Shown: piece by piece, positions 50,462 to 64,000 of the stretch
Layout: every line of letters begins with the position of its first letter
Numbering within the stretch: position 1 is the first letter of the stretch
The notes under the pieces: model-generated
The model's database searches: none
Told to the model about the DNA's origin: nothing
What the model saw: the letters and a program-made list of their open reading frames with translations, nothing else
Program-made: the position numbers and the translations under genes
NCBI RefSeq assembly: GCF_052425735.1
Contig: NC_135760.1
Coordinates: forward strand, 12,276,001 to 12,340,000
Length of the DNA: 64,000 nt
Source: Oculina patagonica
Taxonomy: Eukaryota
Reading direction: 5' to 3'

Positions 50462-51772
50462 ATGAATGGAGCAATTGACGAGCAAGAACTACTGACAGTA
50501 GTTCCTTCAGTGCTCAAGCGTCTCTGTAAAAAAGTTGTGCGCGGATTTTACGAGAACAAACACGCTGCTATCATAACTTTACTGACCAACTCCCAATATC
50601 CATGTCTACAAGAAGACGATTTGATCCGATTGTTAGGCTTTGACAAGAAGCAATTACGGCAAAGCCTGGTACGCTTAAAGAACGAAAAACTGATAAAGCA
50701 AAGAGTACACAAGGAGAAGAATCCCGAAACAGGAGCCCTGATCAGTTCTAACTACTATTTTATTAACTACAAGGTGTTTGTTAATGTTGTCAAGTACAAG
50801 CTCGATCACGTGCGAAAAAAGATTGAAAGCGAAGAAAAGCAAGCAAAAAATCGTCCCTCGTTCGTGTGTACTCAGTGCGAGAAAAAGTATCCTGATTTAG
50901 AAGTAGATCGGTTGCTGGATCTGGAAACTTGTCAATTAAAATGCACCCTGTGTGAAGGATTAGTAGAAGAGGATTCTGCTGGGATCAAACAAAACAACAC
51001 ATCCAGAACAAGTCTGGCTCGCTTTAATGAACAAATGGAGCCAATCTTCCGGCTGCTTAGAGAATGTGAAGACATGAATCTAGCGCCTGCTATTCTGGAG
51101 CCTGAACCACAGCCAGCCCAACTTGCAGGTGGTAGTCATGCATTACGTCCCGCAGGACACAGTGGCAATAAACCTTCATGGGCAAATGATGCTACTGGCG
51201 GCAGTGATGTGAGTGGACCGGGTATTAAGATAGATATAATGGGAGATAAAGATGATGAAGATGCAAGAACTAACAAACCTCGAGCAAAGGAGGCACCAAT
51301 CTGGATGAGCCATAGCACAGTGATACCAGCATCAGGCATTCAGAGTGAGGCTGCTTCCAATGCTCCCACGCGTCATGGAGAATCCACCCACAAGAAGCCA
51401 GGGGGATCTGGCAAAGATGATGAAATCCTTGCAGAGCTATTGGTTCATGAATCAGTCAACAAGAAGCCACGCTTAGATATCAATGAAGCCCTTGGCGAGG
51501 GAGTAGATAATGATGACAGTGACTCTGGAAGTGACGATTCAGACTTTGAGGTGCCAGCTCCTGGGCCAGCAACCAAACCAAGTGAAGTTACAGAATCCAT
51601 GGAAATTCACACAGAAAGTGAGCAAGAAGATGATGATGTGCATGAAATCAAAATTGGAGACAAGATGGTGCCAATTAACGATGTCACTGATGAAATGTTG
51701 AGTAAAATGACACCAGAGGAGCATGAAGCTTACACAAAAACACTACAGCATGTTTATAGCCAGTTTTACTAG
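50462..51772 (+). CDS. GTF2E1: General transcription factor IIE subunit 1 (TFIIE-alpha), intronless CDS
   Basis: VVRGFY, YYFINYKVFVNVVKYKLDHVRKKIE, zinc ribbon CTQC..CTLC, LARFNEQMEPI, KEAPIWM and acidic C-terminus MTPEEHEAY; the ORF track start at 50366 is an upstream GTG. Confidence 0.95.
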   Translation: MNGAIDEQELLTVVPSVLKRLCKKVVRGFYENKHAAIITLLTNSQYPCLQEDDLIRLLGFDKKQLRQSLVRLKNEKLIKQRVHKEKNPETGALISSNYYFINYKVFVNVVKYKLDHVRKKIESEEKQAKNRPSFVCTQCEKKYPDLEVDRLLDLETCQLKCTLCEGLVEEDSAGIKQNNTSRTSLARFNEQMEPIFRLLRECEDMNLAPAILEPEPQPAQLAGGSHALRPAGHSGNKPSWANDATGGSDVSGPGIKIDIMGDKDDEDARTNKPRAKEAPIWMSHSTVIPASGIQSEAASNAPTRHGESTHKKPGGSGKDDEILAELLVHESVNKKPRLDINEALGEGVDNDDSDSGSDDSDFEVPAPGPATKPSEVTESMEIHTESEQEDDDVHEIKIGDKMVPINDVTDEMLSKMTPEEHEAYTKTLQHVYSQFY

Positions 51773-52011
51773 GCAGGCAAACACTTCTGTAGTAGTACAT
51801 TATTATATGAAGCATCTAGGTATGTTTGTGAATAGATACACAGAGTTTCTTTAAGCTCAACTCTAATTGGCTGCCAGGTAGTTCTTGAAATGTCAAGTTC
51901 GGAGAATTGGTAGGCTCGTGAAGGCCTTATACCTAAAATATGGTCCCTCTTGTCTATGCTTAACAATGTATTTAAAACGTAAGGAAAAAAATTGATCTTA
52001 TTAGTGTATTA

Positions 52012-52760
52012 GGGTGCGTTTCTTTGGGAAAATCCAAAATTGGATCATTGATCTCAGATCACACGGATAATTTGCTCCCAAAGAAACGAAGAATCCGAAA
52101 ACGGATTTTTTGCCATGACAACCCTGTAAACACATTTCGCACAGAACATAAAATATCAGCACAAATTTATTTTTTGTCGAATGTATCCTTACTAAAATAG
52201 TTTAAGCATACAAAATCTTTGACAAAAACCACACGTCGAAGTAGATCTTCTTTAGCGTTAAGCACAATGTGGCGAGAAAACATCTGAGAGCGAAGAATGA
52301 TTGCGAAATGATCAGTGCAAATTTCACTCGTGACAATTTCAAAAGGATACAACTTCCGTAGGCACCCAGTGGCTGTTCTAGAAAACCTGTATCCCGTTTA
52401 AAATGATACTACATACCTATCTGAAGCTACCGTTTCCTTTTATCGTAAAATATTTTTGTATTTTGATCGAAATAACCGCCTAAAACTTTCCATATGGCAG
52501 TGTTTACAAAGAGCGAACCTGTATTTTCACAGCAAAGACCGCTGGGCCAAGGTACTTTTTTCGAATCCTTTCCCAAAGAAACGCACGGATCATGAATCCT
52601 AAAAATCCGGATTCAGATATGATCTGATGTATCCACTCAAAGTGTGGATTCTTCAGATTATTGATCCAAGATTAATCCATTTTCCGATATAGGTAAAGAA
52701 ACGCAAAATCCGTTTTTGGATCAAGAATCCGGATTTGTATTTTCCCAAAGAAATGCACCC
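52012..52760. mobile_element. Harbinger-like non-autonomous element
   Basis: tta|gggtgcgtttctttgggaaaat ... attttcccaaagaaatgcaccc|tga. Confidence 0.8.
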
Positions 52761-53165
52761 TGAGTTATTCGTGTAGATGCTCAAACTCTACATACAGTTG
52801 ACTGTTGTGTATGATTCTGTAAGGCAAAGTCCACACTACATTATAAAAAACTCAGCTTTTGTTCCAGCCTCAAATATGGCAAAAATACTCCATCTACACC
52901 GTCATTTTTGTATTGGTACAAAAAACAATGGTTTAGCACTATAGTAAAATGATATTATTGCATTTTCAAGTCTCCACTTCAAGGTTGACAAGTTTCAAAG
53001 ATTTGCCTCAACAGTTTCTTGGTAGTGTTGGGAATAAAATCGCATTGGACCTAGTACACTATTCTCTCCACTAAGTAACCTGTTTTCAATTAAGCTCCTC
53101 TTCCATTTTCAGTAAAAATCAGAAGTCATCTTCCGGTAGAAGCTGTCCTTGAGTTCCAATTGAAT

Positions 53166-53510
53166 CCCAGGGGGGTACTCCGGGATCAAAGTAACGGGGA
53201 TGATCGAATGGAGGCAAAACTCAGGACCCAAAAAAATCCCTAAGTCTTCCGTCATTACCCAAAAAAATCCCTGGACCAAAAAAAATGCCCAAAAAAATCC
53301 CTTGTCAAATTACCCCTAAATTGCCAAGGCCACACTAAGGCACTTTAATTTGATTTTAATACCCAAAAAAATCCCATATTTAAATCAAGTCACCCAAAAA
53401 AATACCTGCCAAATTCTCCTACCCAAAAAAATCACGGAATTGAAAATTTTTACCCCAAAAAAATCCTTCGCACATCCCCGTCACTTGGACCCCGGAGTAC
53501 CCCCCTGGGG
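53166..53510. mobile_element. MITE with CCCAGGGG termini, related to 28667-29084
   Basis: cccaggggggtactccggg / cccggagtacccccctggg; ATTGAAT direct repeats on both sides; internal cccaaaaaaatcc repeats. Confidence 0.8.
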
Positions 53511-55160
53511 ATTGAATAATGACTGCACAAAAGAATGTGAAGTAGTTAAAAGTAGTCACACATGGGCTTCCTCCTGTAATGTTACGGGGGATGGAGTGTA
53601 AATCCAAGAGAAAAAATCTCGATGATTTGGTAAGTGCAGAATGCAATATGGAACAATTGAAAGTATGATGTTTTATATATGTTCGTGTTTATTTGCTTTA
53701 TTTTACTTTCGGAAAAACTGTTCACAGGCTACTTGTATTCTTTCCCAGGTGTTCCTTACGCTAATCTTTGCTAACGTATTACGACACTTTTGTTCGTTTG
53801 TAACAAAATACTTTTGTCTTCCTTGAAAATGCGATAACATGAAACTTTTGTTTTTTGTTTGTTTTACGGCGGCATCGATGACATTTGTTTAATTTAATTA
53901 AGTTACGGTTTAGACTGCACGAAAGACGATTCTCAAAAACTAAAGAAACAAATCTAATCGAAAAACATATTTTTCGACAGGTTTTTTAAAACGCAGTACA
54001 GCTAGGATATTTGTTTCCTGGTTATCAGGTGTTCACGTCGAAAATTCCGGTGCAAGTTTTTGCATACCTAATTACGAAAGCGATGTGAAAGTCTCAAAAT
54101 CTAATTTAATTAATTTGCGGTTTTTACTTGGCGCCAAGAGAGTCTGCAGAAAATCTACCGCAAACACGCAATACAAGCGATGTTCATGATAGTTCCAGAA
54201 AACAACGTAGACTAATCTGCGCATGCGTTTGGTGTAAATTACGTTAAGTAGTACCACAAGGAGAGCAAAGGGTTTTCTGAAACAAATATATACGTTTGAG
54301 ATCTTCATATGAAAGTAACGTAGATGTGCTCCAGGTTTTACCTAGGGGTACGGTCAGGTGCTCCCCACCCCCACCCCCTTCACAAGAAATAATTAATTAA
54401 TTGATATTAATTAATTAATTGACTATTAAAGTTTACACCATAGCGCTTTAGGGGTTTAGGGGTTTAGGGGTTTAGCGGACGACAGCCCCAACAAACCATC
54501 ACAATAGTGCATTCTGCACTAAAAAGGCCTCCTAAACAGACGTTCTTTTGGCTTGTCACGCAATCATTCCTCAGAAAGTGGGATGAAAGATTGCGTGATG
54601 AGCCAAAAGATCGTATGCCTGTTAATGAGATGGGAGAAACAGGTATAAAGGGGAAGAAAAACAGCATAATAATTATTGTTGCAGGATGGTGGGAAGCACT
54701 AAGGATGGCTGCCCAATCGTATTAGCCAGTGGTGGTTAGTTTGGGCAGCCATGCACTTTATTTTTTATTATTGTCTGTATTGTAAATTTTATAATTAAGG
54801 GTGCAAAATAATGTTGTTGTTGTCAGTAGCCAAGTGAAAAATTTACCTAGCCTACTAAAACTGTAAAATTCCAAAAATAAGGCCAAGGTTCACATTTGCT
54901 TAAATATGCCCCTTTTCAGATGAGCTTGTTAAGATTTCAAAAATGTTTGGGTTTCTATTTGGACAGAGTTTTCTGGTGCATACAAGAATATCACATAGCA
55001 AAACTCTCAATAGCCTGGGTGCAGCTGTCACCATTTCCTTGTGCACAAGGAAATGCATTGCCCTTAAAAAAAGAGCAACAGTGACAATTTTAGAACACAA
55101 AATCACAGCTCACTGTGGGTCGTGACATATTTTATTTTGGTGCTCACATATCTACACAAT

Positions 55161-58100
55161 CTATTTTTCATCTCCCTGCAAAGCTTGTGAAAGGAACAAC
55201 TTTCCAAAACTGTGTGTTGAAAACTGGTTGACTTGATTGCTGTATGTGTTAACTTGCTGAGACAACAGCAGGTAATCAAGTCGTGATGGTGACTGCAGGG
55301 GCTTGAATATCTTTGAAAGATCTTCATCTGGTAAAGGAGCTTCACCACGATTATGCCGTGTGGCATTTTCAGCTTGCTGTAAAGAAAATGAAAAGAAACA
55401 TGTTTAATACCATCTCCAGATGAATAGCAAATACTGTAACAAAACTCGTTTATTTTATAGATTGCAAATCTATTTCTTAAGTCTGTTACAGCAAGGCGCC
55501 CAAGAAGTGTGACCACTTTTAATTTATTCACATTCTTTCGTGCAGATTTAATCCAATCAAAAGCCGCGGATAGCTTGCAGTTGACTTCTGACTGGATTAA
55601 ATCTGCACGAAAGAATGTGAATAAATTAAAAGTGGTCACACTTTTGGGCGCCTTGCTGTAACTGATTTTGTTGTTTTAAATACAGTGGAAGCTCTCGTAA
55701 GCGGACACCCTTGGGACGTGAAAAAAGTGTCCGTAACTGGAGCTGGCCGTTTACGAGAATGGTTCTCGTAAGCGGCCACGGGAGGTGTAAGGGATAGATG
55801 GCCGCTTACGGGAGCTTTTCCAGCTAACAATAACCGGACAAACGTGGACGACGACAAAAAAAACACTGAAATATGGTACTGTAATTTCTGTAAATCATTG
55901 TGACGAAAGGCTATGTGAAGTTGATTGATAAAAAACAAGATACAGAGGTTGTTAAAATGGATTTTTTTGGGGGTGTCTGCCTACGGGAGCATAAAAACAA
56001 AGAAAAAGTCTAAGTCGTAATCTCCGAAAGTGTCCGCGGCCGCTTACGGGAATGTCCGCTTACGAGAATGTAAAAATACAGAGTTTGTATGGGAGCGTAA
56101 AACGGGGTTTCAAACAAGGCGGCCGTAAGTAGAGCTGTCCGCTAACGAGAGTGTCCGTTAAGAGAGCTTCGACTGTATCCAAGTTTATGTTGCTTGTAAT
56201 GTAATGTAATGAAAGGTTTGATGATTCTTATTTTGAGAACATCTCAAAGGGTATAAAAAGCTCCTTGATTTAACAATTTTGTACAACTTATGATAAGAGA
56301 AGTTTGTTACCATAATTTATCTACTTCTGATCTACGGTATCTATCAGTAAGTTAACTAATTAAAACGTCATTTACCCTTCTTTGATGGTATGCATCTTTC
56401 TGCTGTTGTTGCCTTGCTACGTTACGCAGGTGATTGTTAAATTTATTTGCATCCTGACAAAGTTCGTCAACACCCTCCATGAGAAGCCGCACATTCTTTT
56501 CTAAATAGGATCTTTAGAAAAAAAATGTCATTAATTTACAGATAGACAAAGTTTCTTTGTGACAGAAACTTCTATTTTCTGGTCATCCTACAGATTCATA
56601 GACATGTAGGAAAATTAGAAAGTCAACTCCGATAAGGAAACTGGTTATTCAGATTTCAAATGAAAAGAAATATGGCAAAAACAAGTGAGTTAAAGGTACA
56701 TGTAAGGTAAAGGAGACTATTATTTCACAACTGAAGCAAACCAAAGAGAATTTAAAAGTTAAATAGTAACATAATTATATCTTACCCAGTTGAGAGACTA
56801 AGGAACTCGTTTGTCTGTGTGTGAGGTGACAATACTTCCACTTCACAAAGCAAGGTGTTAATAAGAGAGGAATTCCTTATTACAAGTGGGATCTCCTCGA
56901 ACATGGCTTCAAAACTTAGACCACTTTTAGCAAGCCTAAAAATGCAACAAAAAATAACATCTTAAAATGGCTAGCTCATGATAAAGCTATCTTTGATTTA
57001 TTAAACTAAAATATTTTTCACCACAGTAAAATGTCAGCTACATAGAATACAATGATGCATCAAACAAAGACGATTTCCATGAAAATAAGCAAGTAAAGTT
57101 CTTATGTCAATTAGGTGCTCTCTTACATTCTAATTTCAATTTTAGTAAATAATCTACCTGACCCCACAGCTCAGTTGGTAGAGCAACAGTGATCTACCTT
57201 ATTATAGGAAATTAGCGCTTCTAATTAATGTTTTTTTTTTTTTTTTTTTTTTCTGATGATTAGTTGAGTATACACACTCATCTTTACATAATTATTAAAG
57301 CTTCTTTACTTCAACAGAATCTCTCACCTTTCAGCACTGAATTCTGCATCCTTGTACATTGCCATCATTTTATCTGACAAACGAAACACCTTGAGGGAAA
57401 GCATTCCTTGAGATGTCTTCAGTGGATCTAAGCAATAAAGCACAACATTAAGTAACCCATGTAAGGAGGAAACAAAGCCTAAGATTTAAGATGCAATGGA
57501 GTTGACGGTAATAATGGTTGGCTCATCAGTCTCTGGATCAAGCCGTCTGACTGTTCAAACCCTGGCTTGGGTCATTGTGTGTCTGTGTCTGGGCGAGATA
57601 CTATTTATTTTTTTAACACTATTTACTATTACAGTGCTTCTCTGCACCCAGGAGAACAAATGGATATTGGCAAGCTCTTACAGCAACCAGACAATATGGG
57701 AATTATAGCCTGCGATGGACTGGCATCCCATCCAGAGGAAGAAGCAATGTTGCTAGTTGCTTCATAAACATCCTTGCAACTAAATAACATTATGATAAAT
57801 ATTATACATGAGCACAGATCATTTTGATCTCACCATAAATAAGCACTACTGATTCTTCAATTGAACTCTGATAACTGAACTGCGAGTCTAGTAATGTTTT
57901 GTTGACAAATGAACCCAGGTAGGTTGACTGATACCAGCCCACATGCAAGTGATCAACGTTAACAGCTCGTAAGCGACGCATCATCTCCATCTGGTAATTA
58001 ACTGTAAAACAGAAAAAATACTATTAACTTTGCCTGGAAAGGTCAAAAACTGTCTTCACCTTGTGTCCAATAGTGTGTTAAATTTTAGAAGTTCTTATTA

Positions 58101-60844
58101 TGCATGATTAGACCCCCTCTCCCCCAGATCAATGCCTTCAAGAACGTCAGAAAATACCACATAAAGTGTATATTATTGCTTGCACATGCCAGTCACATGG
58201 CTGCTGAGCCATGCTTTTCACCAGATGAAAAGGCCTTTTATCTTTGTGGAAAGGGACTTAAAAAAATATGGTAGGGATTGGAATAAGCGGATGAAAACCA
58301 GAAATAGGATTGAGAGGAATTTTTTGGTTGGGAAGTGGGATTGACGAACCCTATTGGGTACCATCAATAAGGAGGGAGGGGAGGAGGAAAATAGAAAATC
58401 CACCCCCCACTGACAGTTTTGTCTGTGGTTGTAGGTTTTGAAGTTACAGTATTTATTAGCTAGTTCTCACCATCATCTTCATCATCATCTTCACCAGCTT
58501 TTGAAGACGGGAATGGAAAGCAGTTTGTGATCTCCAATTTATTATTTTGAATTAATCCAAGTAAAACACCCTGTACAAGTTCTCCGGCTGTTCTTTCATC
58601 TTGACAATGTTTGATTATTTTTAACACAACCTTGAAGAAATCGTAATAAGTTACAAAGACACCATTCCAAGAAAGTACTAAATTTCAAAGATTGACAAGA
58701 AGTGTTGCAACCAATTCTAAAAGACATTTCAGAATGACGTTCAAGCTTAAGTTTAACTTAAAAATTCTAATTGAGTGATAAGAGCTTTAATTCAATTTAA
58801 ATTTTAGGTATTGAAACAAAGTTTCACATGAAAACAACGACTAAGGGACCAGTCATTATTTATGTAGAGGGGGGGGAGGGAAAAAAGAAGGGGGGGGTCA
58901 AGGCTATTTCAGAGTGGCAAGAGGGGGGGCTAAAATTTTTTATAAAGAAGTTTAGGGGGGATCAGCAGTTTGAGGTGGGTAAAACAGTTAAATAGAAGAG
59001 TGCAAACACTATAAGTGAAACAGTGACGCTAAATTGTACAATTTTATGGTATTTCTATTGTTTTCTTTTGTTTAAACTCCACTAATTATGTACAACTTTT
59101 ATAGTGATTTGTATTTTACAGAAATACTGTTTGCACTCTAAACTCCATTGTTATCTCAAATTTTAGTTAAATATTAAAAGAATCCAGACCTATCTGCTTT
59201 AATATCTGGTTTGACTGAAATTATTTCTTTTTACAAAATGATTATCACTGCAATAGCCCAAGAAGTAATAAAACATGATATAACAACAAGAAAGTAGTTC
59301 TTTTACACTTAAGGAAAATCATTGGAAAAGATTATATTTTGCATGGTTATTACATTTGTGTTCACCATGAGAGCATAATTTGTAAAAACTATCACTTTTC
59401 CAAAGTTGAGGAGTTAATAATTGAGGTATGTTTACTATACACATAACTCGTCCAAAATTTGCCGTATTGCTGGAAGAGTATCCATAGCAAAGAAGCCTTG
59501 GCTGACTAAGTGTTGATCCAGCCTTTGTGCATCAGCACAAGTGTGCAATTAAGATTGTATGTAACATGCATTTAATAATTACTTAAGGCATATAAAGAAG
59601 ATATGAGGTGAGGGGGGGGGGGGGTCATAATGTAAATATTGAATAAAGAAGGGGGGGGTCACTTGCTACTTACATGGCCTGGAGGGGGGGGGCCTTACAG
59701 AAATTTTGACCTTTCCAACATATTTTTCCCTCCCCCCCTCTACATAAATAATGACCGGTCCCTAAGGTAAACTTTTAGAGCTTTTCTGCTGCCAGAAAAG
59801 CCGGAGTAACTGCAGAATACCCCGCCACATCGAGCCCTTTACTGAAAAGCGGTGGCTACGCGGTACGCGGTACGCAGTGAGAAATAAATACAAGACTGGA
59901 AGTTTTCTTTTTCGCTGGCTACGCGGTACGCGGTACGCAGTGAGAAATAAATACAAGACTGGAAGTTTTCTTTTTCGCTGGCTACGCGGTACGCGGTACG
60001 CAGTGAGAAATAAATACAAGACTGGAAGTTAGCTTTTTCGCTGGCTACGCGGTACGCGGTACGCAGTGAGTAATAAATGCAAGACTGGAAGTTATCTTTT
60101 TCGCTGGCTACGCGGTACGCGGTACGCAGTGTTTAATGAATGCAAGAGTTTAAGTTGTCTTTGTTGCTAGCTTAGCGTTCTTTGTTCGACTCATGGATTA
60201 AAGAACGAGGTATATTCACGTGAAGTGTGCTTGTTCCGGCACATGGATTAAAGAACGAGGTATATTCATGTGTCAATTCATGTCTTTCTCGCTGCGCACC
60301 GCGTACCGCGTAGCCAGCACATTACATGCAACGCCATTTTGAATTTATTTTATTTTTATACTTTAACTTTTATTAATTAGTTTCTGCGTACCGCGTAGCC
60401 GGCTACGTGGAATTTAGTTCAAGTGGCAGGGTATTCTGCAGTTAAGCCGAAAAGCCACTGGGCTTGTTGATGAGCCGGCTAAGTGTTTTCTTGGCTACAT
60501 CCCTGACAAATATCACGATATTTTACATTTCAAGGTTATAAATGACACATAACGAATTTAAATAGTTACTTTATGGCTTTTATACTTGTAAATAAGGAGA
60601 AATATAGGAAAAATGACGCTTAATAACGAAATAAGGGGAGAAAAGTGTATTAATTATTCGATCACGTGTATTGAGATTTTACGAATTTTATCCTCATCTA
60701 AGATTAGGAGTGTATAAGGAGTACGCAAAAACTCTATAGGTGAGTTATATTTACCAATCCATCAACTTGAACACTGTCAATTCGACTTGTAGAGGCGGAG
60801 GAATTAGGTTTTTCCGAATGGAAAGAGCTACCTCTTTCCGCCAT
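55161..60844 (-). CDS. EIF3H: Eukaryotic translation initiation factor 3 subunit H; exons 60755-60844, 58471-58630, ~57833-58001, ~57328-57427, ~56786-56935, ~56376-56511, 55161-~55376
   Basis: [86 protein letters not shown] and KLFLSQALQ. Confidence 0.95.
55484..55665. repeat. Long near-perfect inverted repeat (hairpin MITE) in the last EIF3H intron
   Basis: gttacagcaaggcgccca..gtgcagatttaatcca pairs with tggattaaatctgcac..tgggcgccttgctgtaac; arms ~75 bp. Confidence 0.85.
55683..56175. mobile_element. Tc1/mariner(pogo)-type MITE with TA TSD
   Basis: ta|cagtggaagctctcgtaagcggacac ... gtgtccgttaagagagcttcgactg|ta. Confidence 0.85.
58845..59762. mobile_element. PIF/Harbinger-like non-autonomous element with TAA TSD
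   Basis: taa|gggaccagtcattatttatgtagagggggg ... cccccctctacataaataatgaccggtccc|taa. Confidence 0.88.
59803..60448. mobile_element. Merlin-like MITE with 8-bp TSD and an internal 63-bp tandem array (~4.5 copies, ~59852-60130)
   Basis: GAAAAGCC at 59795-59802 and 60449-60456; GG..CC termini with TIR taactgcagaataccc.gccac; unit gctacgcggtacgcggtacgcagtgagaaataaatacaagactggaagtt... Confidence 0.8.
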
Positions 60845-61151
60845 ATTGGTGAAAATTGCGAAGAAATGGTCGAGTCAGACTGGGTACGAGACTCGTCGGG
60901 CATCATCGGTATTTTTCGGTGGTAACGAAGTTATTTCGGGCGGCTGTCGGCAATGACGTAATGGGAGCCGCCTCGCTCGGAGAAGTTTTCTTTGTATTGT
61001 TGATCTTCAATCTGGTTCGGCGGAAAAAAGATAGGAAACCCTGAATTTATATTGCTTTTCACGACCGGCACTTGTAGTTGTGTTATAGTCATAACATTCA
61101 CTTGAAACTGGCAACATAGTTAGAACGTTCTACTGAAAGAGAGTGAATGGA
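60845..61151. promoter_or_regulatory. Putative bidirectional promoter of EIF3H and the Src-family kinase
   Basis: 307 bp between the divergent ATGs; CpG-rich, with a CRE-like tgacgtaa and an ETS-like cggaag. Confidence 0.6.
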
Positions 61152-63999
<2,848 letters not shown>

Positions 64000-64000
64000 T

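Noticed and set aside
54447-54474. Telomere-like (TTTAGGGG)n
   Set aside because: Only about 3.5 copies and not the metazoan TTAGGG; treated as a microsatellite
55103-55938. 178-aa and 100-aa ORFs
   Set aside because: Off-frame readings across the last EIF3H exon, a hairpin and a MITE
59852-60130. CRISPR-like regular arrays (also 29325-29560 and 44432-44742)
   Set aside because: The units repeat in full with no unique spacers, lie inside eukaryotic MITEs, and no cas genes are present

Overview
Gene-dense, intron-rich animal genomic DNA. The gene families and repeat types point to a cnidarian, most likely a scleractinian coral; this is an inference. Ten protein-coding loci could be reconstructed by hand from GT-AG splice sites: (1) the 5' part of a membrane-anchored, probably DUF885-type protein (-); (2) PPM1G (-); (3) EPT1/SELENOI (+); (4) DSCC1 (-); (5) ENDOU (+); (6) a secreted short-collagen protein with a fibrinogen-related/USOMP5-like C-terminal domain (-); (7) a single-exon rhodopsin-family GPCR with a nonsense codon in TM1 (-); (8) GTF2E1 with an intronless CDS (+); (9) EIF3H (-); (10) the 5' part of a Src42A/FRK-like kinase (+). 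The most interesting observation is locus 6. It has a signal peptide, a Pro/Ala-rich stretch, 12 Gly-X-Y triplets and a coiled-coil neck, and it appears to end in either of two duplicated, intact terminal exons. Each of these exons encodes a different paralogue of the globular head. Other highlights: three head-to-head gene pairs (DSCC1/ENDOU start codons only 74 bp apart), a decayed Academ DNA transposon nested in the terminal repeat of a MITE inside an EPT1 intron, and many MITEs, SINEs and LINE fragments with readable target-site duplications (TSDs).
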